Shown here in pieces: positions 1 through 12,200 of a DNA stretch of 64,000 bases (the stretch's first letter is position 1; every line of letters starts with the position of its first letter). Under the pieces are notes generated by a model. That model was given only the letters and a program-made list of their open reading frames with translations. It did not search any database and was not told where the DNA came from. Source of the stretch: Monocercomonoides exilis PA203 (Eukaryota > Protista > Preaxostyla); contig LSRY02000054.1 in the NCBI GenBank assembly GCA_001643675.2, forward strand, positions 1 through 64,000. Direction: 5' to 3'. The position numbers and the translations under genes were made by a program.

Positions 1-2244
1 GGAAGAAGATTGAATGATGTTTGCAAACATCATTCAATCTTCTTCTGGTCCTTGTGTTGTTAGGTCATATCAAACTGCATCAGCTTTTGAAATGTTTAAC
101 TGCTCACTTGATAAGTGTATTTCAGATTCCATGAAATGAAGTCAAGTGGCAATATTGTCGGCCAACAACGTATTGATTGATTCGTGTAAGTTTGAAGGAA
201 ATCTGATTTCAGTCTCAGAGATGAATGAAGTTGTTGATGAGATCTGTCAGTGGAATGGATCTCTTGTACACATTGCGAAGAGTTCTGTGATAATGAAAGA
301 AACAACAATATCGAATTCATCGGCTGGAGGGTTATCAGTTTCAGATGGCTCTCTTTCCATAACAAAAGGAGAATTTGAGAACAATAATCCATCTGTTGAG
401 GGATATCCTTCGGCTCGAAGGAACATCATCTGCTCGGATTGTGGAATGTTGAATGTTGTCAGCTTGAAAGGGGAGATGGAATCTTGCCAAACACATCTCC
501 TCCGGGATTCCTGGAATGATGGGTGCGAATTGGATGGGATGGCAGGTGAACGAATTTCTCCATTTTTCATTCCCATTTTGGATTCAGCAAAAATGGAGAA
601 AGAAAAAGATTCAGCAAAGATAGTCTTTGAAGGATCGCTGCTTCTTCCGTGCAACCTTTCGTTTCAGGTGGTGATATCTGTTGGTGATGAAAAGTCAATC
701 ACAACATTTGATTTGAAAGAGGATTCATTTGGATCGGAGACAAATGTCTTCTCGACCATCGATTCAGGCTTCATTGACTCGGCTCCAGAAGAAGCAGAAA
801 TATCGGTGAGAATTTTGTTTGGGAGACTAGATGCTCAAGCATTCACTTCTATGGCTGTTTTGAGGAACAGAAGCGAGCCCGATGGAAAAGGAGATGGGAA
901 CATCGTCAAAGAAGAAAATGAAGCGAAATCATCATGGTTCTTTGTTGTGATTATTCTGGCTGTTGTTCTTTTGATTGTTCTTGTTGTATCTGTTATTGCA
1001 ATTATTCGATGGAGAAGTGCAAAAGAAGAAGCAAGAAAATACAAGGAAATAGTAGATGATACAATTAAAAAGGATCCAAAGGTGTTTGAGATGGTGACGA
1101 TGGAGATGTCACCAGAGGAGCAGTGGAGGAGAGCAGAGAAGGAGGCAGAGAAGAAGAATGAAGAGAGGATAAAGAAGAGTGCATGCGAAAAGCTTGGGAC
1201 ATTCCGAGTCGTCAGAGCATTTGTTGAGTGAATGTGGCTCAACGGAATATATTTTTGGGAGAGACTCAGACAAGATCCCAGAATGGATGCTAGAGAAGGT
1301 TGATGAGAAGGAAGAAGGGATAAGGAAGAGAACACTATCGCCATCTATTTCCATCTTATCCCATCCATTTCAACAACTGATTCAGATTCAACATTTGTTC
1401 GTGGAGAGGATCTGTGCCCAACCACATCATCAATGTCGAATCTGGTGGATGCGATGGCCTGTTCATCTCCACATGAGAAGCTGATTGTGGATATGAGGGA
1501 TTCATTGTTCATGCTGCTCCACGGAAGGAATAAGACAAAAGAGATGGCAATTGGCACATTGAAGGAAAGAGAACAAACAGCTGCTCAGATCCTGTTCTGG
1601 GTGGCGAACGGAGCAATTCACTCTTTTGATGAAATGGAAAATCCTCTTCAGTCACTTGCCAATATGAGTCCTCACATAGTTTTGTTCTCCGAACACATGG
1701 TGATTTGTATTGTGATGCACTCTGACTTATTGTCAGATGATGATTCAGACTCGTCATCCATTTCATCTTCAACTGTTGTCACATCTGCCAGTGATGATGA
1801 TAGTGACTCTCTTCCTTCATCCGCCTTTGAGGATGAGGATGACTTCAAAAAGGAGTGCCTGAGGTGGAAGGCACCAGAGTTGCTGATGAACAAGAAATTG
1901 GGAGCGACAAAGGAATCTGTTGCTTTTTCGATAGGGATGATGCTGTGGGAGTGTTTGACACTGGAGATTCCATTTGGAGAGTATGAGGCAGAAGTGGCAG
2001 GGCAGAAGATTGTGAACGGAGAAAGGCCAAACTTGGGCAAAGTTGAGGGATCTGTTTGAAATCGATGGCGAAACAGTGTTTGTCATCGAATGTTGGGGAT
2101 AGACTGTCACTTGCGAATATGAAGCGTATCCTTGTGGAATTGTTTCCTGAAGGCGCAGCAGTCCTGATGATGACTGATGCAATTGGTATTGAGGCAGAAT
2201 CAGAAAACGAGAGCAGAGGGTTTGAGTACACAAGTGTGTTTTGA
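1..2244 (+). CDS. Single-pass membrane protein with beta-helix-like ectodomain and C-terminal TKL-like pseudokinase domain; 5'-truncated and frameshifted
   Basis: ORFs 146-1231, 1179-1484, 1433-2059 and 2056-2244 join by frameshifts. Ectodomain has NSSAGGLSVSDGSLSITKGEFENN and a TM segment FFVVIILAVVLLIVLVVSVIAII. Kinase C-lobe motifs LRWKAPELL, FSIGMMLWECLTLEIPF and GERP are present; no HRD or DFG. Confidence 0.7.
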
Positions 2245-3291
2245 AGACAAAGAATACTAAACATATGGAAAGTGATCATCCTGTGCTGAGCAGACAGAAC
2301 AAAGGAGAGAATATTGAAACAAGAAAGTGAAGGAAGCACTGTTCTCACAAGAAATCAAAGACTGATGAATTTAAAGCCCATTAATTGTGTCATCAGCCTG
2401 CACTTATTATTCAATATATTTTTTTGGAAACACTTACAATATTCATTCACTTGTTTTTCTACTTCTTCTTGTAATGTCATAGCACATCAAATTTTTTGTT
2501 TGTGCGTCAATGTTAATGTTTTCTGAGACGCTCTCCCAGAAGAACGCCAGAAATGTTAATCAAGAAAGAGAATGCATGATCACTTTTTAAAGATAAATAA
2601 AAGTTAATAAAAGCGGAACATTTTGTCGATCTGAGTATTTGATAGAATTTTTGCTTTTTAAACAGAAAAATTCTATTCAATGCCAATGGAGAAATTGATA
2701 TGACCGCTCGAATAAAGCAAAACCTCTGATATCAACTTTTTGAATATTTATCAAATATTGCATTATGTGATGGATTAAAAAGTTATACTGATTTCGTGAA
2801 CAAATTTTCTCATTGAAAGATTTAAAGAAAAGTCGTGCTGATTGACATAAGGATTTATTCTTTTTTAAATATCTTTATTTTTTTTTATTTTTTATATCAG
2901 TCTCAACTTTCCTTCGTTTATATAATCTTGGAATAGTGGAAATGCTTTGTTTGATTTAATTTTCTATTTAGAGCTTGTTTTTTGATGAAAACTGTTGAAT
3001 TTTGTTGTTTTCAATAAAGATTTCGGAGTAATTTTTGATTAGGGGAAAAAGGATTATCAAGCTTTTGCGTTGTTATTATATTAATTCATTAAAACTTCCT
3101 TCATCAAAAATTCAACTCCAATTTGCGTCAATATAATAATCACATTTTCAATTCGGCTAATTGGCATCATTGCTGCAATCATAGACAAAAGGTAACTTTA
3201 GGAGCACCCGCTTTTTGCTTTAATACATGAATATGAACCAAAAACCCAAAGATTGGAGATATTATTAATGCATTATGCATATACTAACCTA

Positions 3292-3665
3292 TTGATATAG
3301 TAACTCATAATAGGACACTTTCTAATGGCCGGACAGTAGCTCAGCAGCTAATGTTGTTTCACATCGTGGCAGCGAGAGTGAGCATTCTGAGAATACATTC
3401 TGTTCATTCATTTTTAAAAATAAATTTTGTTTTTCGGAGAAACACGGAGTAATTAGTTTTTCCGAATTTCTCCGAAAAACAAAATTTATTTTTAAAAAAT
3501 GAATGAACAAGAATAAAGTATTCTCAGAATGCTTCATATACTCATATTCGCCTTACGATCGATGTGGGAAAAAATCAAAATTCTACGTTCATTAGCTGCT
3601 GAGAAAAGGCTACTGTCCGGCCATTAGGAAAGTGTCCGCCTATTATGAAAGTTACTATAAGTCAA
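3292..3665. mobile_element. Foldback/MITE-like element, near-palindromic along its length
   Basis: GGACACTTTCTAATGGCCGGACAGTAGC..CAGCAGCTAATG (3313-3353) is inverted at 3590-3637. Inner arms CATTCATTTTTAAAAATAAATTTTGTTTTTCGGAGAAA and TTTCTCCGAAAAACAAAATTTATTTTTAAAAAATGAATG also pair. Confidence 0.75.
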
Positions 3666-3737
3666 AAATGATTGAATGGTTTTCTATTCACATCTGAAAT
3701 TTCAAAAGAATTTATTCAAACTTCATTTGAATACTTG

Positions 3738-3920
3738 AATTGGGACGAAATTTTAGGTTTTATGAATTTTGTTCCACCAAATTATTTTTGATGTTTTTAT
3801 CAATTTTCTTTTTTTTCTTCACACTAAAGTATGGGAATGTTTGATATTTTATGATAAGATAGGGAAAAAGTTTGGAACAAAACAAAGTTTTTTCATAAAA
3901 GAAATAATTTCGCCCCAATT
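3738..3920. repeat. Imperfect inverted repeat (small MITE-like element)
   Basis: AATTGGGACGAAATT pairs with AATTTCGCCCCAATT; inner TTTTGTTCCA pairs with TGGAACAAAA. Confidence 0.5.
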
Positions 3921-4374
3921 GAGCTGTTTCGAACTATAACAATCGCAAATAACACCATCAATCAAAAAAGAAATCTAAAGATATCTTTTTTTAGAATAAA
4001 AATAACTCTTCTAAAATATTTTTCTAAAATTTCAAAAGGGGATAGTTGTTTTTGAAAAGAAAACCCTATAAAAGCAAAATGATAATAAAACATGCATTCA
4101 ACATCAAAGAGTGTTGATGAAAGTTTGCTTGTTAACAAAAAGCATTTTTATGAGCAAATTTTCAATTTTTGAGGTTCCCTAAAAGTAACCTTATGTTCAA
4201 TCATATTAAATTTTGTTCCATTTGATATATTTCTGAAGGAAAAAACTATTACATGTGAATTTCTGACAATAAAATGTTCACGACTAATGCAATATTATTC
4301 AACAAATATGATTAAAGAACCATATTATATCAGATACATGCTATTTTTTTTAAAAATAATATTTTGCAAATATT

Positions 4375-4613
4375 TGTCCAAATTTTTTTGAAAAGTTCAT
4401 TTTGTTTAATTTCAGGTGAAAACAAAAATTATGTATTTTGAAGAAAATTTCATCCAATTCACCAGTTTCCAGAATAGAAATAATAACTTTATCAAGCATT
4501 TATTTCCATTCTGGAAGCTTTTAGTGAGTTGGAATGAAAATTTGATGAAAATATTCAAATTTCATATAAACCTGAATACTGAACAAAAGGAACTTTTCAA
4601 AAATATTTCGACA
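4375..4613. mobile_element. MITE family A, copy 1
   Basis: TIRs TGTC..TTTTGAAAAGTTCATTTTGTT / AACAAAAGGAACTTTTCAAAA..GACA; same ends and size as 5366-5609. Confidence 0.65.
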
Positions 4614-5365
4614 TTTTATTATTCAATTTAACAAAAAATTGAATTCTTCGATCAATTCCAGCAATTCAACCATTTATATTGTTATGGAACAAATCAATTC
4701 AATATATTGATTTCCAACTTGAAATGGTTTGCATAGCGATGAAATTTGACGGATTGATTTCAAAAAATAATAATGGAATGAAATGTTTTATTCAACCATA
4801 AGATTAAACATTTGAGACCATTCAAAAATCACGTTCCATGCGGGATACTATTTTTGAAATAATATGTGTATGTTTTGGATAACCGTATTTCAAAAATTTG
4901 TTTCTTTCAAATTATTCTTCAAAAACTCAAAATGTTATTTTCATTCATTGCTTGAAACAACATGTTATTTTCAGTGTTGGAATAATTCATTTTTAACAAT
5001 AAAATTTCTTTTCAACTCTCCACAAAAATAATTTGTTTGAGAATAATTTTGCAAGATTTCTAAAATATGAATTGAAATATGGACTTTGAAGCTTTTTATT
5101 CACAAATCATAAAAACTTTATTTTTCGAATAATTTTATAAAATATTCTTCAATATCTGAATAAACAAGATATTTTTATATTAGTTTGAATCCATCATTGA
5201 TTTAATTATATAATGTTATGTGACTTAACATGTATTTCAAAAAACGAACAGATTTTATTTAAATTATTTGATCACGAAAAGTTTGTCGGTGGTGCAGTGT
5301 TTTTCTGTTAAAAAGTCTGAAGTGCAACATTTTGTTCAATGAACAGAGAAAAATTTCTGATAACA

Positions 5366-5609
5366 TGTCTTAATTATTTTGAAAAGTTCCTTTTGTTTAA
5401 TTTTCAGGTGAAAAGGAAAATTGAATTTTTTCATCAAATTTTCATTCCAACAAACCAAAATTCACCCGTATGGATATGAATGCTTAACAATGTTAATTTA
5501 TGCATTTTCGTGAAGTTTCATAAGTGAAAAGAGAAATTTGATAAAGACGTGAAATTTTCATTTTTTCATGAAAATTAAACAAAAGGAACTTTTCAAAATA
5601 ACTTAGACA
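5366..5609. mobile_element. MITE family A, copy 2
   Basis: TIRs TGTCTTAATTATTTTGAAAAGTTCCTTTTGTTTAATTTTCA / TGAAAATTAAACAAAAGGAACTTTTCAAAATAACTTAGACA. Confidence 0.7.
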
Positions 5610-6244
5610 CATTTCAAATATCCCATTTGTTTTTCAGAAGATTTTTGAAAAATGTTCTTTTGATCAGACAATGATCAAGAAACCGATGAGGAAATCATAA
5701 ATAGTTTTTTTGAAATGAAAAAAATAAACAAATACCGCAAAAAATGATCTTCAACGAAGTATTGATCTCTTCGAATAAGATTCAAACACTTTTGAGGCCG
5801 GAGATGGAGAATGTGCTTCAGTTTACGATGAATACAGAAAAGTGAAAAGTTTTTGATGTTAGAATTATTATTGAAATATGAAGAATGAACAACATCATTA
5901 ACAACTTTCTTTTAAACATGAAGTGGAAAAAAATCTTTGTTCATTTTTCAAAAGCATTAATATTTTTTAGTAATCATTGTTTTATCAGTTCATGATTTTA
6001 TATAAAAAATCAATAGATTGAATGAAATTTATGAAGTCTGGATATTTTAAATATTTTTTTCATTTTTTTCTTTGAAACAATGGGAAAACAAAATTTAATA
6101 TTAACAATAAAGAAAATCATGAGATAAGTTTTATGATATATGCATTAACCCGCATTAATGTGAGTTTATGCATATTCCATAATCATTTTTCTTTTTCTTT
6201 TTCTTTTTTTGTTGATAATGAAGCTTGTTAATAATAATGTGCCA

Positions 6245-6508
6245 TTTGGGTAATTTTTTTTGAAATCATAACTTTTCTCGGTATGTTTCTTTTAATGAAA
6301 ATTCATTGTCATTTGTTAAATAATTTCAAACAAAATTTAAAAATTTATTTTTCGTTTCAAAAGCCAAAGTTTGATTTGAAAAAAAAATAGCAGATGCGCC
6401 ACAAAATAGCTCTATCACTTTTCAGGGTTCATTTTTAAATATTCATAACAATAATTCAAACCGAAAAATTTGACAGAAAATATAGGATTTCAAAAATAAT
6501 CACCCATT
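6245..6508. mobile_element. MITE family B, copy 1
   Basis: TIRs TGGGT(G)A..TTTTTGAAATC / GATTTCAAAAATAATCACCCAT; interior is colinear with 29849-30107. Confidence 0.65.
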
Positions 6509-7287
6509 TATTGCTTTTTCTGGAAATGACACCAAAAAAATGTTGATTGTGTTCTGATGCAGCTTGTTTGAAATACAACACATTTGAATAAAATTAATGA
6601 CTTTTTATATTATATCCTGTAGTCAAATGAACAACAAATCTTTGAATGTTAAAAGCCCCTCGTTGAAAGCACAATTCATTTCTGAAAAATCCAATATGAA
6701 ACTTGCATATTGGTGATTGTTTTTGTGAACAATAAAATTTTCTTTGTGTGAATTCAAGCCTTTATCAATTCCCACTCAAAACTGCATCTGTATCTGATAG
6801 TTTGTTGCATTGCAGTTATTATAAAAGCAAACGTTGGATATGAAAATCGGATAATGAGAAGAATCAATGCTGTTTTCATTGAGCTGAAGGTTTATTTCTT
6901 GAATTTCGAACATAAGGGGGAAAATACGGACTTTCAAGCTTTTTTGCATAAAGCAATAAATAGTTGTTTCACTCATAACCTTGTGAATCTTTCTCAGATT
7001 TGATAATAAATTGGATTTTCATATCTGCAATCAGGGATAAATAATTGCGTAACATTATATTCTGTGACATCACATGTATTTCAAAAAATGAACCCGATTT
7101 ATTTGTATTTTTTGTTCAGAAAAAGTTAATCAAAAGTGCATAATTTATCTATGAAAATGCCTGAAGTCTTATATTTTGTCCCATATCATTAATTTGAAAT
7201 TTTTTGATAAATAAATGGATAATGCCAACAATTATCACTTATATGATAATGCAAACACAATTTCCTCAGTTTTTGTTTTTTCTTCCA

Positions 7288-7550
7288 ATTTGAGTGATTA
7301 TTTTTGAAATAATATATTTCTTTGGAGTGAGTATTATTTCCAGGTTTGATGTTATTGACGAGAGAATATTTATCGATATGTTCAATGCTTTGATATTGTT
7401 TGCCGAAAAAACATCCGTTACAAAAGAAAGACAGCGAGGTGCATAAGTGTCATTATCAAGAACATTTGATTGATTTCCAAGTTTTTCTGACAAATACAAA
7501 AATCGAAAAATAAAACAGAAAAAACATGAAATCAAAAAGAATCACCCATT
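7288..7550. mobile_element. MITE family B, copy 2
   Basis: Ends TTGAGTGATTATTTTTGAAAT / AATCAAAAAGAATCACCCATT; same ~260 bp length as the other copies. Confidence 0.55.
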
Positions 7551-9216
7551 TAATTGAATATTACTGAACTATCAAACAAAGACAATAGAACTCCTTCCGA
7601 AAAAAAGTGGGATTGAATGATTAATTTATTAAAATAGTCTAAAGAAAAACGAAAGAAAAGCAAGAAAGCAATAAGAAATTGAATAATTTGATAAAAATAA
7701 TGCAAACAAATGTTCAGGCGACAATAAATAACTTGTTGAACAGAAAGAAATCAAATCTGTTTTTTTTATTTTGAAAATGAGAAATCATTATTAGTAAAAA
7801 AAAAAATCATTGTTTTTATTTAATTAATCTTCAAATGATTTGTAAAAACTTTTAAAATCACATATTTTTTCGGAGTATCGATAATTATAGAGTTTCAAAT
7901 CACAGGAAGATTAATTAAAGTTGAAATGTTCTATGCTTTTCAATTATCACTGAAACATATGTTTAACATGAAAGTGAAGCAGAAAATTCATTTCATAGCG
8001 AAATTTATTATCGAATGTATCTCCAAACTTTGTTTTTTTTCAAAATTTCGATTCAAAATATTTTTTTGAAAAAAACATGAATGGAATGAAATTCTTGAAT
8101 TTATGTAGAAAAAAACTGTTCCAAACTTTTCTGTCATCTCATTATTTCAAGTCTTTCATTTTCATGGAAAAAAAACAAAGTGAAATTAAAAGATTGAGAA
8201 AAATGAAAGAAAATATAGTGTTGAAAAATATACATGAAGTCAAAAATTTCGTCCCACGTGAAAAAGAATTACCTATATTATATTTGATGAATTTATAATT
8301 TAAAGATATACGCCAAAAATGATTCAAAATTAAAATTTCATGAACTCAAAATTACTAATTTACCATTCAAAATAACAATTATTATTCAACTGACGAATTT
8401 TTTATTCACAATCATTTGAAAATATGTTTGAGTAGATTTTTTCCATTGTTTTCGTTTTTAAAAACTGTATCAGCTTAAACTTTGTGTGCGAGTGAGCAAT
8501 TTTTTAAAAATTTTCATTGTTTTGTTAAAAGGTCATTTTTTCCACAAAAATCTTTTTTCCAATGAAAGCATGAGAAATTTTTATTTTCATTGCAAAAATA
8601 ATTATTTTGATCGCATTGTTGTTATTAAGAACAGAAAACTTATTTTTTGGGTCATTCTTTTTCAAATCATAAAAAATATCTGGGAATATTTTATTTGTTT
8701 GTTTCTTCATCATAAGCATTTTAATTCACATCGGGATATTAATCAAGATTCAATAAAGAAAAATTTGAAGAAATAAATTTGAGTCAATTTTTTTTGTTAA
8801 TTGATTAAATGCTGTTTTCACTATGTTGATTTTCCCTAAGTGCATTAATCAGATTATTCTTATTGAAAAAAAACAGATAAAATATATTTGTTTTTAAAAA
8901 GATTTTTCTATTTCGTATGAAAATTATTCAATTTTTTTGAAAAATTCCCATTTTGAATTATTTTTTGTGTGAAAGAATAAACAATTTTGAAATAGCTCAA
9001 TTTCTATTTTATAGCAGTTGTCATGCATCAAGAACGTATTGCAAGCCATCGTTTTGCAAGATGCATTGTCTTTTGAAATTAACTATGAAATTTCACATTT
9101 TGTTTTTCAATTGCATTTTGTTATGGGAGTTGTTTTTAAAAAAAGCGTCCAGTCATGCAAAGTGAAAACTATTGCGAGTGTAAAATAACATCAACGCGCT
9201 CTTATAGACAAAAATC

Positions 9217-12200
9217 ATGAAGCAGCGCGAGAAAACGAGTTCTTCTTTGGAGAAACGAAATTTGTTTTCTAAGTCTTGCTTAAATGAAACAATTCACATT
9301 CCCTCAGCAGTACAAAAAAGACTCAGGAGCCCATTTGGGAACTTTAAATGGAATCCGGTAAAGGCTGGGGTAGAACCGCTTCTATTCCCCCCAGTCAAAC
9401 AGCGAAAACAAAAAAAAGCTCGATTGCCCAAGCATGTTATTTCAACCAATCTGATTGAAAATTTGGCTTATGCCGATGCATTTTTGCATGAAACGGTATC
9501 TTTGAATCTTGTTGACATTTATGGGCATCGTTCAGAACCAGAAGTTGTAACACCAGTTTGAGAGTAAAGCTTTTATTTCGACAAGTGAATTTTTTATTTA
9601 TTTCGCCAAGTTTTCTCTTGTAAAATTCTGTGAGTCTCTTTATCCGTCGTTTTTGAAGGTTTTGACGCTGAGGATGGATTTTCCTGATCAACCTTTGATT
9701 TCCGTGGCTCCTGTTATATTGAGCATTGCCCGATTTGTGCTTATGAAATATGCAGAGGCATGTGTGGTGATACTCAGCCCAAACAGCAAGTCACGTCTGA
9801 GGCGTGTGGCGAGCGGGCGAGATGTCGTTCTCGGAGTGGCATCGTCGAAAGTCCCACCATCTTTATCAGCCTCTGCCACAGCAAAATACCAGCCGATGAA
9901 GAGCATTCTGCACAAAGCACTTTGTGCGCTTGGAGAGACAGGCGCAGAAGCGGGACAGAGTGATGGGCAAGAGTCACAGAGGCAGACGGACTTGTGCGAC
10001 CAGTTGCGGACGATGATTGCGATGCACAACTTGGGGTTTGACAGAACGAGCCTTGCACAGCGAAAAGAGCTATTTATGTTCCATATGGTGTGCCTCATGT
10101 AGCTTTGCAAATTTTTTTGGTTTTTATTTTTATTTTTATTTTTTTTTTTAAAAAAACATGCTTTAAATTTCTTGTTTGTTGATTTATTCATTCACTCACT
10201 CACTCATTTTTTATTTGTCGATTCATTCATTCATATGAATATTTTTGATGTTTATGAATTTCTCTTTCTCTTTCTCTTTCTCTTTCTCTTTCTCTCTCTA
10301 TGTGCGTGTATGTGCGTTGCTATGACGGAGTGCAGAACGAGGTGGTGCTTATGGATGCTGTTGTGAAGGCAGTTGATGTTCTGTTTGGCGAAAGCACTCG
10401 ACAGCTTCTTGAGGAAAGAGAGCAAGCTTGGCGTGCCTGCCGACAGGAGCTGCTGGAAGCAAAGAAAGAGGAAGAAGATGATGAAGATGATGATGAAGAG
10501 GAGGAGGAAGGGGAAGAGGAGGAAGAGGATGAAGATGAGGAAATAAAAATGTCAACGTCTGAGAGTTGCCTCAGCAACAGCTGGAAAGCAGAAGAGTTGG
10601 AGAAAGAAAAGCAGGGAAGCAGAGGAGGGGTGCTGGATGGGCAGAAGGAGTGTGTGTCTCTGCCGCAGTCCTCTTTCTGGCAGCACACTCCGCCGAAGCA
10701 GCCGTCGCCGAAGCAAAAGTCTCCTCTGCGCCTTCCGCCGATGGAGCTGCAGATGTTGTATCCGCAGGAGAGCAGAGAGAGAAGGGAAAGCAGAGAGAGA
10801 AGGGAGATAAGAGAGAGCAAGGCGAGGCCGGTGATTTGCGGGCGAGGCGCAGAGAGAGGAAGTGTGCTGCTTTCAGAGGGGCAGCGGAATCTGCTGCAGA
10901 AGGCTGTGCACAGCAGCGCAGAGTGGGCAGCAGCGAAGGATGCTTCTCCTTCTTTGTCTTCTTTGTCATCTTCTCGGCAGCTGATTGCTCCAATGACATC
11001 TCCCATGTCACATTCAACAAATGCATCTGAGTCAACATGTGTGTCTGGAGGTGTGTCTGTGCCTCTTCCGGTGGAGGAGCCGGTGCGGTTCCGTTTTGGC
11101 GGGATGGATGTGTCACCGTCTGCGCCGCTGCCCACCCTCCCTTCGCCTCCGAAGCAGCGCGGCCGGTCGACTGCAGCACGTGGCACTCCTCCAAACACCT
11201 CGCCACTTGCCTTCTGCCGCTCTCCTTCTGACTGCCTCACTCATCCATCTCATTCATCGTCGTTTCATTCATCATCCTCATCATCATCCTCATCATCAAC
11301 TTCATCATCATCTTCGTCATCTGATTCATCTTGTCTGCCAGGGATGCTGTGTTCTTCGTGTCTGGCTGAGCAGCAGATGATTTCTCCGCCGAATGGAAGG
11401 TTCCGCCCTTTGAGCAGCATGCGGTCTGCATCGGCGCCTCTGCCGACGCTGCGCTGGTTTCAGTCGCCGCTGTGGCAGTCGACGACAGAGCAAGAGGCAG
11501 CAAGCGAAGAGGAGAGCAGCAAAGAAGAGGAAGACAGAGAGAAAGAGGAAGAAGGAGAAGGAGAAGAGCTCAGAAGAATGGAAGACCGATATTTTGCAGG
11601 GGTGGAGATGGGGCTGTGCGAGGAGGAGCTTTGTGGGAGGACAAGAGCAGAGACACGACTGTTTGAAGGGAGGCGGATTGGAGACGGGGAAGAGATTGAG
11701 CATGTGATTTTGTCGTCGGACGGGATGGAGGTGCTTGGGTTCACAGCGAGGAGAAGAGAGAAGAAGGAGAAAGGGGAAAAGAAGAAGCGGCAGAAGAAGA
11801 AGAAAAGTGTTGTTCCGCTTGTGCGAACAGAGTGTGAGGAAGAGGACTGTGTGATTGAGAGGAGTGGAGGTGGAGGTGGAGATGGAGAGGGGCAGTCTTG
11901 CCTGTGCCAGCAGGGCACTTCGAATTCAGCACAGGCAGAGCTTGTTTTGTATCGTGTGCGTCGGCAGCGGTATGCGGTGTCGACGAACAGCAGAGGGTCA
12001 GTTGGGAAAGAGGCAGTGGAGATTCGGAAGGTGAAAGGGCGACGGACTTTTCGAGGGTATTTGGTGGTGAAAGGGGGAGGAGGGGAAGGAGGAGGAGGAG
12101 AAGGAAGAAGAGAAAGAAGAGAAAGAAGAGAAAGAAGGATGGGAAACAAGGTGGAGAGGAGCCATTCAGCAGCAGCTGGAGCATGGAGATTGGGGGTGGA

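Larger units (their letters stand above)
5075..7160. repeat. Diverged ~260-300 bp direct repeat pair (about 5075-5335 and 6862-7160)
   Basis: Shared blocks GGACTTT(G/C)AAGCTTTT and TGTGAC..ACATGTATTTCAAAAAA.GAAC..GATTTTATTT occur in the same order. Confidence 0.55.

Noticed and set aside
10258-10300. (TTTCTC)n repeat as an array
   Set aside because: Simple intronic microsatellite with no spacers; not CRISPR-like.
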